A DNA stretch of 64,000 bases from Rhizodiscina lignyota (GCA_010015805.1 ML978122.1:902453-966452), one strand, 5' to 3'. Positions 37,271 to 51,500 are shown, numbered from the stretch's first letter. Program-made: numbers and translations. Notes: generated by a model from the sequence alone, not told the origin.

Positions 37271-37456
37271 ATATCGCTCGTCACTACCCTCGAAGGTGAC
37301 AAAAAGTTTACCGCAAGGTCCCCAACTTTTGAGACATTAAAAGGCTATAACTCGTAGCCTCTATAATTAAGTCCGGCTTTACGTCAACATTATTACATTT
37401 ATGCTACAGTGCTGTAAGCTATATGTTTACACTATTCACTCGACAAGTCCTTATCC

Positions 37457-40400
37457 TTAAACTCTGCCTACGGCGCGATTGGCTGTAGCTGGGCTTTGTA
37501 TCAAGTTCACCCAACCTTGATCCTTCTTTGAACTTTCCCAGTTCCGAAAGAACTGACGCCCATTCCACTCGTCGACAGGGTGGAGCGGCGCCGTGTAGGC
37601 TTGATAATGCAACCTCGAAGGTTCCCTGTCTTCCTGGGCGAGACTCAATTTCTTCGAAGGGACTCTCCTGGGCCGGCTTGAGCCGGGACCGGACGAGCTG
37701 GTGTTCCCCTTCGACTCTGTTTGAGAGCCGGACTTCAACTCCTTTACAACGTCGTTAAGCTCGGCATTGTCTCTGGCAATCTGCGCTTTCAGATACGCAA
37801 CATTTCCCGAGTTGTTGAGGGACTTCATAACCGGCGCTCGAGGGATATATTCGAACTTTGCCACATCTGGTCGGTCCTTCGGTCGGACTTTCGGGTCTAG
37901 GTAGGCCTCAGACCCCTTCTCAAGGAGCTGTGCGATATCGAGACTTTCACCAGGCGGGATGGGATTGGGGTGACTGGGCGTAACACAGTCCATGTCGACT
38001 TCCTTCCTGAGGACATGGTCGATATCCACGGCGCTGAAATAGGCGCAGCTTTGTGGCAACTCATCCATTCCCATCTGCTGGGCAAACATGGCGCGAGTCC
38101 AGACATTTGCGACCTGAAGGGCCATCGCAGCGCGATATTTGTCTTCTTCTCTCACCAAGTATCGAATTTCATCGTGGACGGTAATCGCTAATCGTGCGTT
38201 GATGTTGAACCGTCGCGTGAGATAATCCATCGCGACAATGAGGAGGTGCAGGTAATCCACCCCAGAACTTTGGATGGCCCAGTTGATACGACTCGTCAAG
38301 AAACCTCCTTTAGTTAGGTAACGACGCATCAGGGCCTCTGTGATGCCGGCTCCGAGAACTGGGGTTCGTGGGGAGTCTTCTTCAGCAAAGTCCTCCAACT
38401 TGTTGAATACAAAGCTCTCTGTGCCACCGCGCCAGAATGGTCGATCGCGAAGTATTTTGCGTGTTGCCTTCTTTCCCTTGGTTTCTTCGTACAAGTTTGT
38501 GCTTGTCTCGCTCGCCTGGGAATCGCTCATCGTAGGGTTGAATTGTCGAAGTAACTGTGTCGCGAATCTTTGTCCTGCTCCGTAAATCCGACCGTAATTG
38601 AAAACCTTTGCATCATTTCGTGAGATGCCCAGAATCTTGGCCGTTCGGGAATGGAGATCTGTTCCTGCAGCTTTGGTCCCTTCGAGAGTCATAAAGCCGA
38701 TCGCATTACCACCGTGCAGCTGAAACTGAGCATCCCCTACCAAGCTCGCAATCCAAAGCTCTTGGGAGTCAACGTCTGCACCAACGAAACAGTAACCAGG
38801 TGGAGCTTTGATCATCGATTTTAACTCTGATCCCACACGATTTGCTTTCGCGTTGCTGGCAGTCAACCAGGTGTTCTCGACGGCTCTTCTTGTAATCGTA
38901 CCCATGGGTATGATCTGAGGAAGGATAAAGCCTTGCATCTCCGCTGGAGCAGAGTTCTTCTTTCGACGCCCTCTCTTTTTGGGCGCGCTCGTAGTGTTCT
39001 GTTCAGTATACACAACCATCTGCGACATGATTCGGTCTCGTGCGCTAATCCAGTATGAGCATGATGCATTCATTTGGAGCGCTTCCTTTGCAAATTCGTA
39101 ATCCGAAGACAGTCTTCCAGATTCAAAATATTGCAGATACCCCTTTGCTAGCGGGTTTGTACATCTTGCCAAAGGCCCATCTTTGTGTGGAAGCTTGAAA
39201 TACATATGCTTTCGATCATCGTATAGGGCGAAGTCGGCCTCCTCTGAGAAATCGCACTCTCGCATCCCTTGGCTGTGGTAAATTGCCGCTTCGTCCAGTG
39301 GCACTTGAAACGTAAAGCCATACTTGTCGGTCCAGAAGAGAGGATAACCATCCCATGCTAGGCGAAGCAGCAATGAAGAAAGGCGCGTTCTTACAGTCAG
39401 ACCGATTTCCGAGGAGCTTGTAGGATGGAGGTCTTTGAACCAATTGGGCATGCCAGGTAGCTTCTGTCGCGCAGCGGGTCTCGGTGGATCATCTTTCTTC
39501 TTACCCTTAACCATCTTGATCTCTTGCCCAGACCAATCCAGTTGACTCAGCCAGGGATCTGAAGAATATCTGTCGGGTTCGTCTTTGATTTCTAGTGCCT
39601 TTCGCGCCAGGTCAACCAGACGCTCCTCAACGTCACGGGAAAGTTTCTGATACGTCGCTTCCGCATTCGCGATGTAGGCGTCCCATGATTTATCTACGGG
39701 TAGGACCTCTGCTGAAAGATGTCGCAGAGCTGCAAAGCTTACAGGATGTGGACAGGTCTCCAGGAAATGGGGGAACACTCTCTGATAGACGCGGTGGGTG
39801 ATATCCACATCAGCAGCGCAGTAGTCCAACAACTCGTCAAACTTTTCTCTGATCCCAGCACGATCAAGTTCGCCAAAGTACTCGCGTCTCGCCTTGTCGA
39901 TGGTAATGTCGCAATGGAATTTTGCAACGTCTCGGAGTGAGTTTATGGAGCTTCTTCCAACCCACAATTCCTCCTCTTGATCTACCAGGATGGCAGAAAG
40001 GTCGGCATCAGAATCATCACGTGAGATCTTCTCTTGCAGTTCCCGGCTCTTCCTGTGCTTTTCCCAAGTGGGTCGTTGGCGAGAGCACATTCCGTTCACT
40101 GCCACATGAAGAGACATGGTATCGATAAAGAAGTTTTTTGACTGGTCAAGGGAATATTCCTCAGCTACACGAGCTCGGTCGTATCCAATATTATGACCAA
40201 TGACGATCCTGGGTTGGGAAGGATCCCCGAGAGGAATGAGATGACTGTCCGAATCTGACTCCTCCAACAGCCATGGCGATATCCAAGCGTACCACGCTGT
40301 CGGACTTGCAGCGCATGCCATGCACGCAAAATTCGTCTCTTTCCACATGACTTCAGTATCGAATGTGAGCAACGATTCGTTTGGAGCGTCGACAGCTTCT

Positions 40401-40979
40401 GTCCTCCCATCCGCATGATATTTGGTCCAGCCACTTCGTTTCACCCATTTCCGCGGTCGCCTAGGAAGACTTGCTCTTGCAAACTTTCTCGAATAGTCTA
40501 AGTACGGCTCCGCAGCCTCCATACCCAGTCTTGTAAAATGTTCATCTAGGGATTTGCCTTGGAGGGATGGGAGGTCGAATGCCACAGGAGGCGCAGTGTC
40601 CTGGTTTTTGCCTAGCAAATCATGGCGCGAGAGATGCAGTTTCGATAGTTCGATAAGTTCGGGGGGTGGTAACGTTCCTTCATCGGGGAAAATCTGGGGG
40701 TGGACGTGGCTACTAAGTTGCTGAACGCCTAATTCATTGAACCGCGCTTGCGAGGAGACTGGCCTACGTTAGTAAGGACAGCTGAGACAGAAATAACATG
40801 GTGTACACACTTGAAAGGCTATCAGAGCCATTTCGCATCTGTGCTGTGGTGTCTGAGGAGTACCATCGCTGCGACGCAGCACCGTTCACGGCCGACGCGG
40901 TGGCGTGTGAAGCCTGCACGAGCGCGCGCTGCTGGCGTGTCAGTTGGGCCAGCAGCCTCCGCTGGTGGAATGCGCGCAT
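37457..40979 (-). CDS. MIP1: Mitochondrial DNA polymerase gamma (family A), with one 5' intron at ~40758-40811 (exact boundaries uncertain)
   Basis: Exonuclease motifs FDTE and IGHNIGYDRAR. Polymerase motifs VGADVDSQEL, RNDAKVFNYGRIYGAG and ITVHDEIRY. Arg-rich mitochondrial presequence at the N-terminus. Confidence 0.95.
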
Positions 40980-41483
40980 TTAGACGTGGACGTCAGGAAC
41001 GCGACCCGAACATTGTCACTGCACATGGAACAATTCGTGGTGGCGCACATGAGACGATAGCAAAGTCATGGAGTCACCTCACCCCTATTCCGGACGTTCT
41101 TGCGCGCGATCACGACGCCCTGCCTGATTGGGTAAGTGGCATGGAGGATTACCTGCAGGGATGCCTTATAAGACGTCATGTAACGAATCGAAAAGAACAA
41201 CCGTCCCAACTTTGTTCCAAACACCGCACTTTCGCCTCCATCACACATCAGACACCAAGGCAAGTTCGACCTCGCATAATCCTTTTTCTACTATTTCATG
41301 CTCGCTGGCACTTCTTTCTCTCCGTGTTAGCGTTTCAGAAGTGATCAACTCTCAACCTTCTTATTGGCTTGTGTCAATAAGAACAATACAATAACTCCAG
41401 CCACCTCCGACACTTCAACTCCAACCTCCTTCAATTCGCTCCAGCCTCCTTTAAACCACTCCAGCCTCCTCCAACCTACGAAA

Positions 41484-42071
41484 ATGCCACCGCACCGTCA
41501 GTCGAACAGACTTCCTCCAGTCTCAACTCGCAATCAGCCAGAATTCATCGACTTAACCGATTCACCATCTACAAACATGCCTCAAAACCGAAAGAGAAGT
41601 GCCAGCGCTGCTTCTGTCGATGAAGTCACCGACGGAGCGACAGCTGGACCATCCAAGCGCACTCGACGTGCAGCGCCAATCTCACTCAAGACGAAGGCCA
41701 GCAAGAAGAAGACCCCAGCAGCGGACGTGAACGCCGACACCAACACGATCGATCATATCGACTTGGTGGACGAGAATCAGAGCAAGGTACAAGAAGGACC
41801 AGCCGAACAAGCCAAGCCGGCAAGGCTATCAAGCCTGACCTGCGTCATCTGCCTGGAACCACCGACAGACCTCACCGCCACGGCGTGCGGCCACTTGTTC
41901 TGCCATCACTGCCTCATGGAGGCCCTCATCGCCGGCGAGAATAGGGGGGAGAGGACGAAAAGCAACTGCCCTGTTTGTCGCAAAAACATATCCCGAAAGA
42001 GAAAGTACGACGTCATTCCGCTGCTGTTGAAGAAAGGCAGGCAGCCAACAAGGAAGGTGCTGAGGACGTGA
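41484..42071 (+). CDS. C3HC4 RING protein with SUMO-interacting-like motifs (Slx8/Rfp/RNF4-type STUbL subunit)
   Basis: RING CVIC..ATACGHLFCHHC..CPVCR. SIM-like motifs EFIDLTD and IDHIDLVDE. Confidence 0.85.
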   Translation: MPPHRQSNRLPPVSTRNQPEFIDLTDSPSTNMPQNRKRSASAASVDEVTDGATAGPSKRTRRAAPISLKTKASKKKTPAADVNADTNTIDHIDLVDENQSKVQEGPAEQAKPARLSSLTCVICLEPPTDLTATACGHLFCHHCLMEALIAGENRGERTKSNCPVCRKNISRKRKYDVIPLLLKKGRQPTRKVLRT

Positions 42072-43796
42072 GAGAGCGGAGCTGATAGACTTGGTGAAGC
42101 ATTTTGGCATGGTGTTCAACTGGGTGCTCACGGTTGGGCGGCGACCCTTCTTTTGTTAGATAAATGCATCCTGGCAGGGATGGCGAGTATCGCCTATCTC
42201 CATGACCCAGTGGATGCGCGGTACAAGAATAAGATTGATTACACAACCTCCACCTTTTCCCCTCTTTACCCTACTCTACAAATTCTCCTCTCCCGGGTTC
42301 GTGCTAGCACTGCGGTGTATATAAGAGCATCCATCTCACGGAGGAGAAGGCACGACACCATCCCACTCATTCCCCCCATGAAAAAAGGTAGGCAACTGAC
42401 CAGGAAGATTGAGAAGCGACGACAGCGACAAGAGACGATACTTGAGGTTTCTATACAAAGGCCGCAAGGCATTCATAGCAAGGGATAATTCATTATAATG
42501 ACAGTAATGGATATGTAATACCACAACTCGGACATGATGAGTAGGCAAGACGCGCAGTCTCCTCAGTTAAAATATAAGAAGTTCATGAAAGCTGTGCAAC
42601 CTACACAAACGCTGGCTGACCTATACTAGATAGAGCCTTCAATGATGCTCTTGATTGAATTGAAGAGACGAACTTGGCTTTGTTATGCATTCAAGGGGGC
42701 CCGAAGAGCACCAGCGTGAAGCCTCTATGGATAACAAAGCGTAAAAGTTTTCTAATAGTTCGCTATTATCTAGTAGACTCCAAAGAACGTACAACCAACC
42801 TTTCGAAGATAGTCCCAGTTACTATGAGGTGTAAGAGCGGCGAGATTTTAGGTGTTACAACTTAGCTGGTGCGCAAGTATTTTGTCACCCTCGTGGCAGT
42901 CCAAGTTGAAGAGTACAGGGCAAATACCTCAGAATTGGTATCGAATGTGAATTTCATAAGCTCTTACGAACTTTTTGCTTATCACACGCATGTCCTTTCC
43001 CCGAAGCTCGAATCCAACGATCCTAAGTACAAGAGCGCCAGCAGGCCAGAGCAAGCGTCGCAGAATCCGTCATCAGAACCCACTCAATATTACCGGCATT
43101 ACCCACTCAAGTCATTACCGGTAAAGGACATTTTTCCCATCGCGAATGCGCCGCCTCAACCCACCGAACCCATTTTTCCCATGTGCCCAAAACCAGAATT
43201 CCAGCCGATGAAGCAAACCATCCAGCCCCGCTCGCAAGCGCCAACGCCAAATACGCCGCTGAAGACAAACCCGCCTTAATCCAGCCTGGGTAACAATCGC
43301 AAAGCGGCAGCCCGAGAAGAAGGTGATGTGCAATCTTTTTCAGCCGGATTGCAAGTAATCAAATAGACGTTCGCGTAGTACGCATTGTGGGGGAAGCGAA
43401 GTTCGTGTGAAAAGATCGAGACGCCGGCCTCCGGGGGTATCTTTGAGACGTCGTAACGTCGTGTGCTTCGTGACGTCGTTTCAAATTCGATGTTGGCGTC
43501 TCCTGTGAACATATACATCGATCGTACGATGAATGCCCGAGAGTGTCGAAGAACGATTGGAGTTTTCGCGGAGTAGTGCGATAGCGTTGTCGTGCGAGTG
43601 TTGAAGGTCAGGGGAGTTTTTGAGGGGTTTGTCTGATGGATGATAACTTTTGATAGATGCGAGCAGCTGTGCCCGTGACGAAGCTCGCGTGAACTAGGGA
43701 CAGAGGTTCGAAATTTTGAAACGAAGGAGAGATGAGGGAAGACCAGGAGCAGCCATATCGGAAACGGCGCGTAGACAATGGAAAATGCGCCCATGC

Positions 43797-46700
43797 CTAT
43801 TGATTGTGCGCAAGGATAGAGGCTTCAGCCCGCTGGTGCATGTATGCCGCATGAATCTCAAGAGCTCGAGCCATCGTATGGGTCACTTCCACATGTTAGT
43901 ATCAAATCACTCCCAAAGTTGATAGTAAAAAAACTCACCTGGCCAGACGGCCGCCTTCTCCAGCATGTAAGCAGTGACTAAGAGAACCCTGCTCCCGAGT
44001 CCGTAATGCTTCATGCTGGCGACAGGCGCATTTGCTGCTCCAACAGGGCTCAAGTCCAGAGCGATCTTCATATCAGCATGAGCCAGAATTTCTTGAACCT
44101 TTTGGAGAAGCTTGACATCCTCGTCTCCAAGCAGAACGATCGCAGGTACTTGGGTAATATCGACCTCATCCCTTCCAAGGATCCCAAGGTACGGGCCCAC
44201 GCGTTCTTGAACTGTCGCGAGCCATTCTGCGAGCACCTGTGCACAATCGAAGTTACACATGGCAGCTTGCAGGGGTAGCTCCCTGGAGGTAAACTCGGCA
44301 AAGGTTACTCCAAGCTTATCGGCCATCTGCAGAGAATCTGCAGCATACGCAGCAGCTTTGCGAAGGTGGCGTTCTCGACGATTAGAAGATTGCTGACCCA
44401 TCGAAGCTGGCATGCCGTTGGTGTGGCCGTTTGTGGCTTCAGTGCCATTGCCCGTAACAGTTGGCGACACGATCGGACCTGGAGAGCTTGTCGTTGTATT
44501 CGTGGTAGTGGAGTCCGATGGATCAGATGAGCCGTTTTCTGATGGCTCCGCGTGCTGGATAATCTCAATGCCTTGGCCCAGCTCCCGTGCCATGGCCTCG
44601 AAATCTCGTCTGAAGAACTCCTCCTTGGATCTGCCCAGATTCACAAACAAGCGTACATAAGCCAGATCCAGGAGAGGAATACTGTCAGCTGGGAGCGGTC
44701 CGTATGGGCTAGGTCTCTCGAGCGTGTGATGAGAGTTGGATTTCCAAGCCGATTGCCAGGCCTTCAGAGCGGGCTCGATTTGCGCGTGCATCTGCTCTGT
44801 TTCCTGCACCTTCCACTGTCGTCCGCTGTGCCGCTGTCGTGTCTCCCAGATGTACACGTGCAATGCGTTGATCAAGATGTAGCAGCCGAAGGTGCTGGGC
44901 TTGAGTTGACTCTCTGGGACTTCTTCGAGGGGGATTGTTGAGCCAAATGCTGGAGGGTACGATCCGTTGAGATTGCTATCTTTTGGTTGGCGTTGGCTGG
45001 CTGTGAGGAGATAGCTCAACGCGGCTGCAAAGGTGACGTTCTTCTCCTCAGTGATCGAAGGACCGCCCAGAGCAGCCCAGGCCTCGGCGCTGTCTGCCGC
45101 ATACACATCTTCCTCGCATGGAAGATATAGGTGCAGCTCAGAATTCAAGATCCTTGGTGCATGATTATAAGCTGTCACCAGGAGGCTGGACAAAACATAG
45201 ACTGAGAACAATGTGCGTTTCCGCTCTTCCATGGACTTCCACCGATACCACTTGTCGTGCAACTCCATGCTCTCTTGGGGGGGGTTTTGCTTCCAAGTGC
45301 TACCAGGAGAGACCGAGTCATCTTTCATTTCAACATCATTTTCAACACCGTTGGTTCTAGCACTGTTATGACCCCGAAAATCCTCTGGAATAGCATCCGA
45401 ATCCGGTTTATCCAGTTCAGCCGCCTTTGCGAGGCTGACCAAAGCAGCACAATGAGTGGTTGCAATCTCCGCGGCTTGTTTATCGCCACAGTTGTGACCG
45501 TATATGAGGTTGAGAAGCATCGCCTGGACAAGCCAGAGCGGCGTCTTCTGGCTGGACGGTGCATTGTGGCTGGAGCTTGCTGTTGTGGCGGCGGTCAGAC
45601 CGGCTTTCCTACGCTCTTCAAGGTATATACTGATCATCCTCTTTGCAGCCTCAAAGAGCTCTTTGGCCGGTCCATGCTCAAATTCGTATAGAGCGCCAAT
45701 TGCTGCGATAGCAAGAATCAGGCACCCGCCACCACCAACGATTCCATCCCCAGAGAAACTTGAATGAGTTCGCATATTGCTGGTGAAAACAGGCGAATTA
45801 AAGCTCAGGGTCGAGATATGTAGGAAGGGCATATGAGGATGGAAGTAATGGATGTACGCGCTAACATATCGCTGCAGGTCAGCCGTGCTGGGCAATGAAA
45901 CAGGATTCATGGATGGCCGCGGCGCAAAGCCAGGAGACAAAGGCGAGCTAACCGTGGGCTGAGAGAACTTTCTATGACTGTGGCCGAAGCCAGCAGGCTG
46001 CGATAGACTGAAAATCAGGGCCTGGCGAGTCGCATCTGTTATCGAATCCGTGGAGACGGAGGTGACTGAGCTTTGCCTCGCACTGCCGTTGACCGAATTA
46101 GACGAAACGCTGGTACTGTCGGAATTGAAGACTAGAGGGGGATTGAAATACTGGTTCGGCATGCCTGGTATAGCTGATGTCGGGCTCATCGGTGGAACTC
46201 CTGATGGCGTTGAGACGAGAAAATTCTCCGGGTTGCCGTGTGGCTTCAGAGTCTCATCGGAAGAGGGACCCGGCATCAGCTCCGGAAAGATGGCTGGGCC
46301 AACGGTGTCGATGGTAGTGTCAATTGGAACATCCATCGGCATGGTGAACTGCGCCGAGCCCATCATGTTTACAGAAGCAAGTTGGCTTTGCCAATTTGCA
46401 CTAGATGAATGAGTAGGATTGTTTGAACCGTCGAGCATGACTTCACTGAACCCGCTCTGACTAGCCGTGCTGATGGCCGAGGGCGAAGATCCGTCAACTG
46501 CTTGGTCGGGGCCGTTCAACACCAGCGAAGTATCCAAGCCGCCTGTCCACCCATATGTTTCGTCTTCATCTAGGCCGGGCATATTTTGAAAGTTTGGAAA
46601 GCCGCTGGAAAATGGTGATGTCGGGCTACCCAAGTAACCACCAGAGTGTAATTGGGCAGGATTGATCGTCGATCCACCAGAGAAGAGTTTGTCGAAGTCG

Positions 46701-47481
46701 AAATGACCACCCATTCCATCGATTGGGGCTGTACGAAGACCGCCACCATAATTCGAAGGGATGCTACCCGTATCAATTTTTGGGAGAGAAGGATGAGCAG
46801 TATGATGGCTCATGCCACCGGTCGCTGCCCGGAAATCGAGTCCGTTACCATAGAACCCATTTGTTCCAGAGTGAAGACCAAGTCCATTGGCCATGGCATA
46901 ACCTCGAGCTCCACCCCCAAGTCCCCCAAATATGCCAGACGTATCGATGTGACTAATGGTGTTTGCCCGGGGTCTCATGCCCATGCTACCGGCACCTCCC
47001 TGTCCGCCAGCGGCGCTTGCGACCGAGTTCTTGCGTGCTCGGGCAGTTGTTGGCATCCCACTAGTGCTCTCGCGACGGCCGTTCCGTGGTCGGGAGGATG
47101 CTGCACCCGCTTGATGCAGCTTCTGCTGGTGGCGGAGCAGAAGATCTCTGCGCGCGAAACACCTTGTACATTGTGGACATTCGAACGGCTTCTCTTTCGT
47201 GTGAGATCGCTCGTGGCGTTTCAAGTGCTCAAGTCGCGCGAACGATCGTCCACATGTTGAGCAGACATGAGGTCTGGGCTTGTCAGTCTTCGGTGGAGGG
47301 AATTGCGGCGCCGGTTTCTGGGTTTCTTCCGTCTTTGGGCTTGGCTGAGCAACTATGCATTTGAAGAATGTTAGGATCGATTACACGCCTAAACGAAAAG
47401 GCACATCAAGCTGTTGAAGACTTCGCTGTAAGGCTTACCATTGATGTTGTCTTCAGTGCTATCTGTGGCAGGTTGTGCCAT
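43797..47481 (-). CDS. amdX: C2H2 zinc-finger plus fungal-specific TF domain protein (AmdX/Adr1/Tda9 family); introns 47353-47438 and 43886-43938
   Basis: Fingers [53 protein letters not shown]. Fungal_trans-type motifs [19 protein letters not shown] and EERKRT. Confidence 0.85.
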
Positions 47482-48334
47482 GCCTAAGTAATAATCGCTC
47501 AGGTAGCCTTTACAACGGTCGTAAAACTAGATGGCCGGTTTATTTCTTGATTCTAAGAGCCCAGGCGTGGAATATATTTCGGCGTAAACCGTTGAATACG
47601 GTAGGCCGCTCGACAGCTCAGAGAGCTGTTTGTGGCCAATTGAGAGCAGTGCAATGGAAATTTGGAAGGAGACACGAGTAGTGTAGCTGCTATGCGGATG
47701 TCCAAGTTGATATGGAAGGGACAAAAGTACCCTGAGCTACGCCGATGCACTCCGTAAAGTCAAGAGGTCCGGACCGCATCTACTGAATAACTGCACAAAA
47801 GTGAGCGATATACTCGAATACATTGCGTTATTGTGTGCAGAAGGCGTGGATGATGCCATTGGACATTGAAAGGAGTGCGATTGGTATCTTACCACCGACT
47901 ATAGGAATCGTATCGTCGTTAGTAAACACCTGCGGTTGCAGGTGTGCTGTCGAGAGGTAGCTTTACAGGCCCCACCAGAGCTGCGTTGCGGGGAGCAAGT
48001 TGGACAGGCGAAGGAGATTGGGATAAGAAGGACAACGAAAGAACAGAGAGGCAGTGTTGCGAAGAGTTTGGGAAGTGACAAGCTGGACGGGCGTAGTGTA
48101 AGCCGCGAATAGGTCGAGTGTCGCGGTAGCAGGTCAGCTGGATGGGTAGCTAGGTACCGAGTCCAAGGTCTTGACTTGGGAAAGCCGATGCAGCCGTCGC
48201 CGAACCCGGATCCCAGATTAGCTCCGACTCGTGCTTCAACAGGGCCAGCTCAAATAATGCGCGCGGGAGGAGGGTGGTACGTTGTTCACCAGCATTGAAG
48301 GCAGGCAGGCTGGCCGGCTGGCTATACGTATTTC

Positions 48335-48507
48335 CTGGGGCCCGCCGGCGGCAGCGATCGTCTTGTGAAGGCGTTGCAAATTGCCTTCGCGACACGCCCG
48401 CTGGCCCCAATGGCGATGGCGCAAAATGCTGGGGAGAAAAGTCTGGGGAAAGCCGAGATGTTCACTACGCAGCAAGTGGCGGGCACGCGCGCCTGGGGTC
48501 ACCCCAG
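48335..48507. promoter_or_regulatory. Cluster of five SYGGRG (CreA/Adr1-type) sites upstream of the C2H2 TF gene
   Basis: CTGGGG at 48335, 48429, 48443 and 48493, and CCCCAG at 48502. The last two form the inverted repeat CTGGGGTcACCCCAG. Confidence 0.4.
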
Positions 48508-51500
48508 TCTCATGGATGGGTGAGCGTCTAACGAAAGACTTTGCACCGCAGCGTGGCGATGACGGAGCCTCTCACGGAATGCCGTCTGCTGCTGCCATCG
48601 TCGTGCTGCTTGTGTCAGACGCGCAAATGCTCCTGTGCGCTGGCGTATGAAAGCACCGCAGCGCTGCTGGCTCAACTCCGCTGCGACGCCACTGCTCAAT
48701 GCTCAACGCCTGGAGGCAGATGCCATGTACCCTCGCACGACGATCAGCGCCGATGCCCTCGCTTTGCACTCGTGCAGCGAAAAGCGGCCGTGACATGGCC
48801 CAAGTGTGTTAGCGCATGATTGCGGGTCGTCTGGAGGTTGGCGTGGCATGCAGGCCCAATGAGCAGCTGGTGGAAGGATAGCGCAGACGGAGCAATTTAC
48901 CGACCAATCTGGCGCTTCCACCGTACGAGCTGCAGCAGAGAGCGCTTCAATGCCTGCCGCTGCCGACTGACGATGCCGATTTGTGTCCAAGTTCGCGCAC
49001 AGCATCGCCTCACGAATTCGTCGAGCCTCCTTGTGCCGCCTCGATCTCCGCCTCTAATTAGATATACAAGAGCCCAACGCTGCCTTCCCCTCCAGAGGAA
49101 GAGGTCTTTGGTTGACGCTAAGGCTCACCAATCTGCCACCGGAACAACCAGCTTCCCGCGCACTGGCCTGACATGCCAACCTCTCAAAGCCCACTGAATA
49201 TCTCGAGCAGCAGGTTTCCATGGTACTCCGAGGCAGAGATCTCCCAGCAATACTGCATACAGAATTGACCAGTTCTTGATTCCAATCTCACGAGTGTCAA
49301 TGGATGCCTACCTCTTTCAGGCCTCCCATCAAGCGCACTGGCCGACGAATTTATGTCGACTAGGGCCCCCTGCGGGCATTCCAACCATTTCCCTCTTTCA
49401 CTTCTGTAGAAGCCCTCTGATCAGGGTTTAGCTTGTGAACGGTCGTTCTGTTGCTCGACAAGGTCTGGAACGGTGCCATAGGACACCCCATCTATGCAAC
49501 AGAACTAACCTGTCTTTCAGGTCCTTTCATTTCTGCACGCCGACCCCATATGCCCCATATGCGCGCGAATATTCCATGAACTTCGCATGCAGCCAGTGCA
49601 CCATGTTCACAAGAATCTGGTGCATCTACGACATGCAAAAGAGGAAGCTTGCCGGGAAAGGCGTCCACCATCTCTCCAGACTCCTCCTGATTCCCACTCA
49701 CGCGCGAACGCCACGACAAGGTACTTCGCCGGCATATCTACATATCCTGCCGATGCTCTTGTGTAAGGCAATTGCTCCAAAGCTCTCTTCATCCATCGTG
49801 AAGAATTACTTTTCGATTTCTGCATCAAATTTCAGATACGTCCAAGCTCGGCGCCGAATTCTTTAGATAGAGCTTTGTACTGCACGTTTCACATCTGCAC
49901 GTTGGTCAAAGCAGCCCACAGCAGGTTGGAGCTATGGGCATCACGAAGGACCAGCTACCCCATGTCACGGACCAAAAAGTACCGCAGAAGATTCAGGCTT
50001 GCTTCCCCGATTCTTAACGGCTGCAAGGGCTCGATTGTTCCTCGTCGAAGCGAAGTTCTCTAACGGAAAGGCACCGACAATCGATCGCTCTTTTCGATCA
50101 GCAGCTCTCGCCAGCCGACGGCGCCATCCGAAGAAATTCGGGCTTACTCCGTGCATAGCTCAAAGTCCCTAACAGAAGTCGTAGATTCTCATTATTATTA
50201 GACTCTTAACTAATCAAACCTTCGATATCCGCATAGTTCGACGATGAGACACGCTACCTACCTCTGGCCGCAGCATTCCGTCCTACGAAAGGAACAGACG
50301 ACAAAGAAAATTGGCAAATGAACGGGGATTCGTCAATACGGGCATTTTGCTCCGCTAGGCTACCCACAAAGCGTCAAATAGGTGCATACGAAAGCACTGG
50401 GGGCCATCTTAGCGCACATCACGCTAAACCAAAACGATCCAAAATCTGGGGATGAAAAGCGAGTGCACGCGCATGACCCCGTCCATGCAGCCGTTGGCAT
50501 TCCTTCGTTCTGATTTGCACACGTCTGGGGTTCCGCCTTCATCGTGCCCTCTCGAATCCACTCTTGCATCTCCGATGACGCAAATGGCCATGTGGTTGTA
50601 GTTCGCGCACTGTGGCTGTACGAGTCAATCTGGCAAATTGCTTCCGATCATCAATGTCAACGGCGGGAAAACCTCAGCTTCGGTGCATGCTGCAGGAATC
50701 GGCGGAAAGAAGAGTGAGCGAAAGCCGGGAGCACGGACGCTCCCCACATTTGGCAGTTCAGACAAGTCGTCAATCTATTCTAGCCAGGAACTGCCCGGCA
50801 TCTCTTTTTCTCGTTCACGCAACTGTCGCGGACCGTGCCTGACCTGACGGCTTGCCTTGACCGTCAGCGGATGATGGCGGGGCAGCAAGAAGTGCAGAAG
50901 TTCTCAACTGACAATCGCTTTGGCTAATGAGAACATAGGCGGGATTGGACCGCGAAGCAGCCTAGCTCCCCCTGCTTTCGGGCTGTCCCATTTATCCCAG
51001 ATGCCTGATCCACACGTGTTGTCGTTATTGCAGACCCTTCCTGACTCGCTCAGATTTCTGGGGAAAGCTACCAGCTGCTTTTTAATCCGGGGAGAAATCT
51101 TTACGGGGCCAACGGATGTACCTCTGCACACTTTCTGCCCGGAGAGCTGTCCGTGTACGTACGTCTCTACCATTGCCGCCCATCGTGATGTTCGGTGGCT
51201 TGCAATCGCAAATCTGCCGCATATCATTTTCAACGTGCTCTCCCGCGCCTCTGCCACAGGCATTAGCTCCCGAACAGATCGCCTTCAAACTTTTCACTGT
51301 GGCTTGAGGAGCGCGAGATTTGTCAATCCCACCTTAATAGAGTATCTATCGTCATATCGTGGCGATTTCTTCGACTCGCCATTTCCCGCCCTGTCGGCAC
51401 TCCTCGGCATCGTCAGCCCACTTTTCCGAGGCAGCTCCCCACCTGCCCACTAGCGTTAGGGCCGGATTCAATCGGATTTAGATCGCGGGAGGGCCCAGAT

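Noticed and set aside
37528..40585. Antisense ORFs within MIP1 (and similarly within the amdX-like, MBP1 and HET genes)
   Set aside because: These are shadow ORFs expected from codon bias of the real gene on the opposite strand.
42869..43794. ORFs 42869-43279 (+), 43276-43794 (-) and a Trp-rich stop-interrupted minus frame near 42950-43330
   Set aside because: No recognisable family. The region partly overlaps the expected 3' UTR of the C2H2 TF gene, and the evidence is too weak to call a gene or pseudogene.
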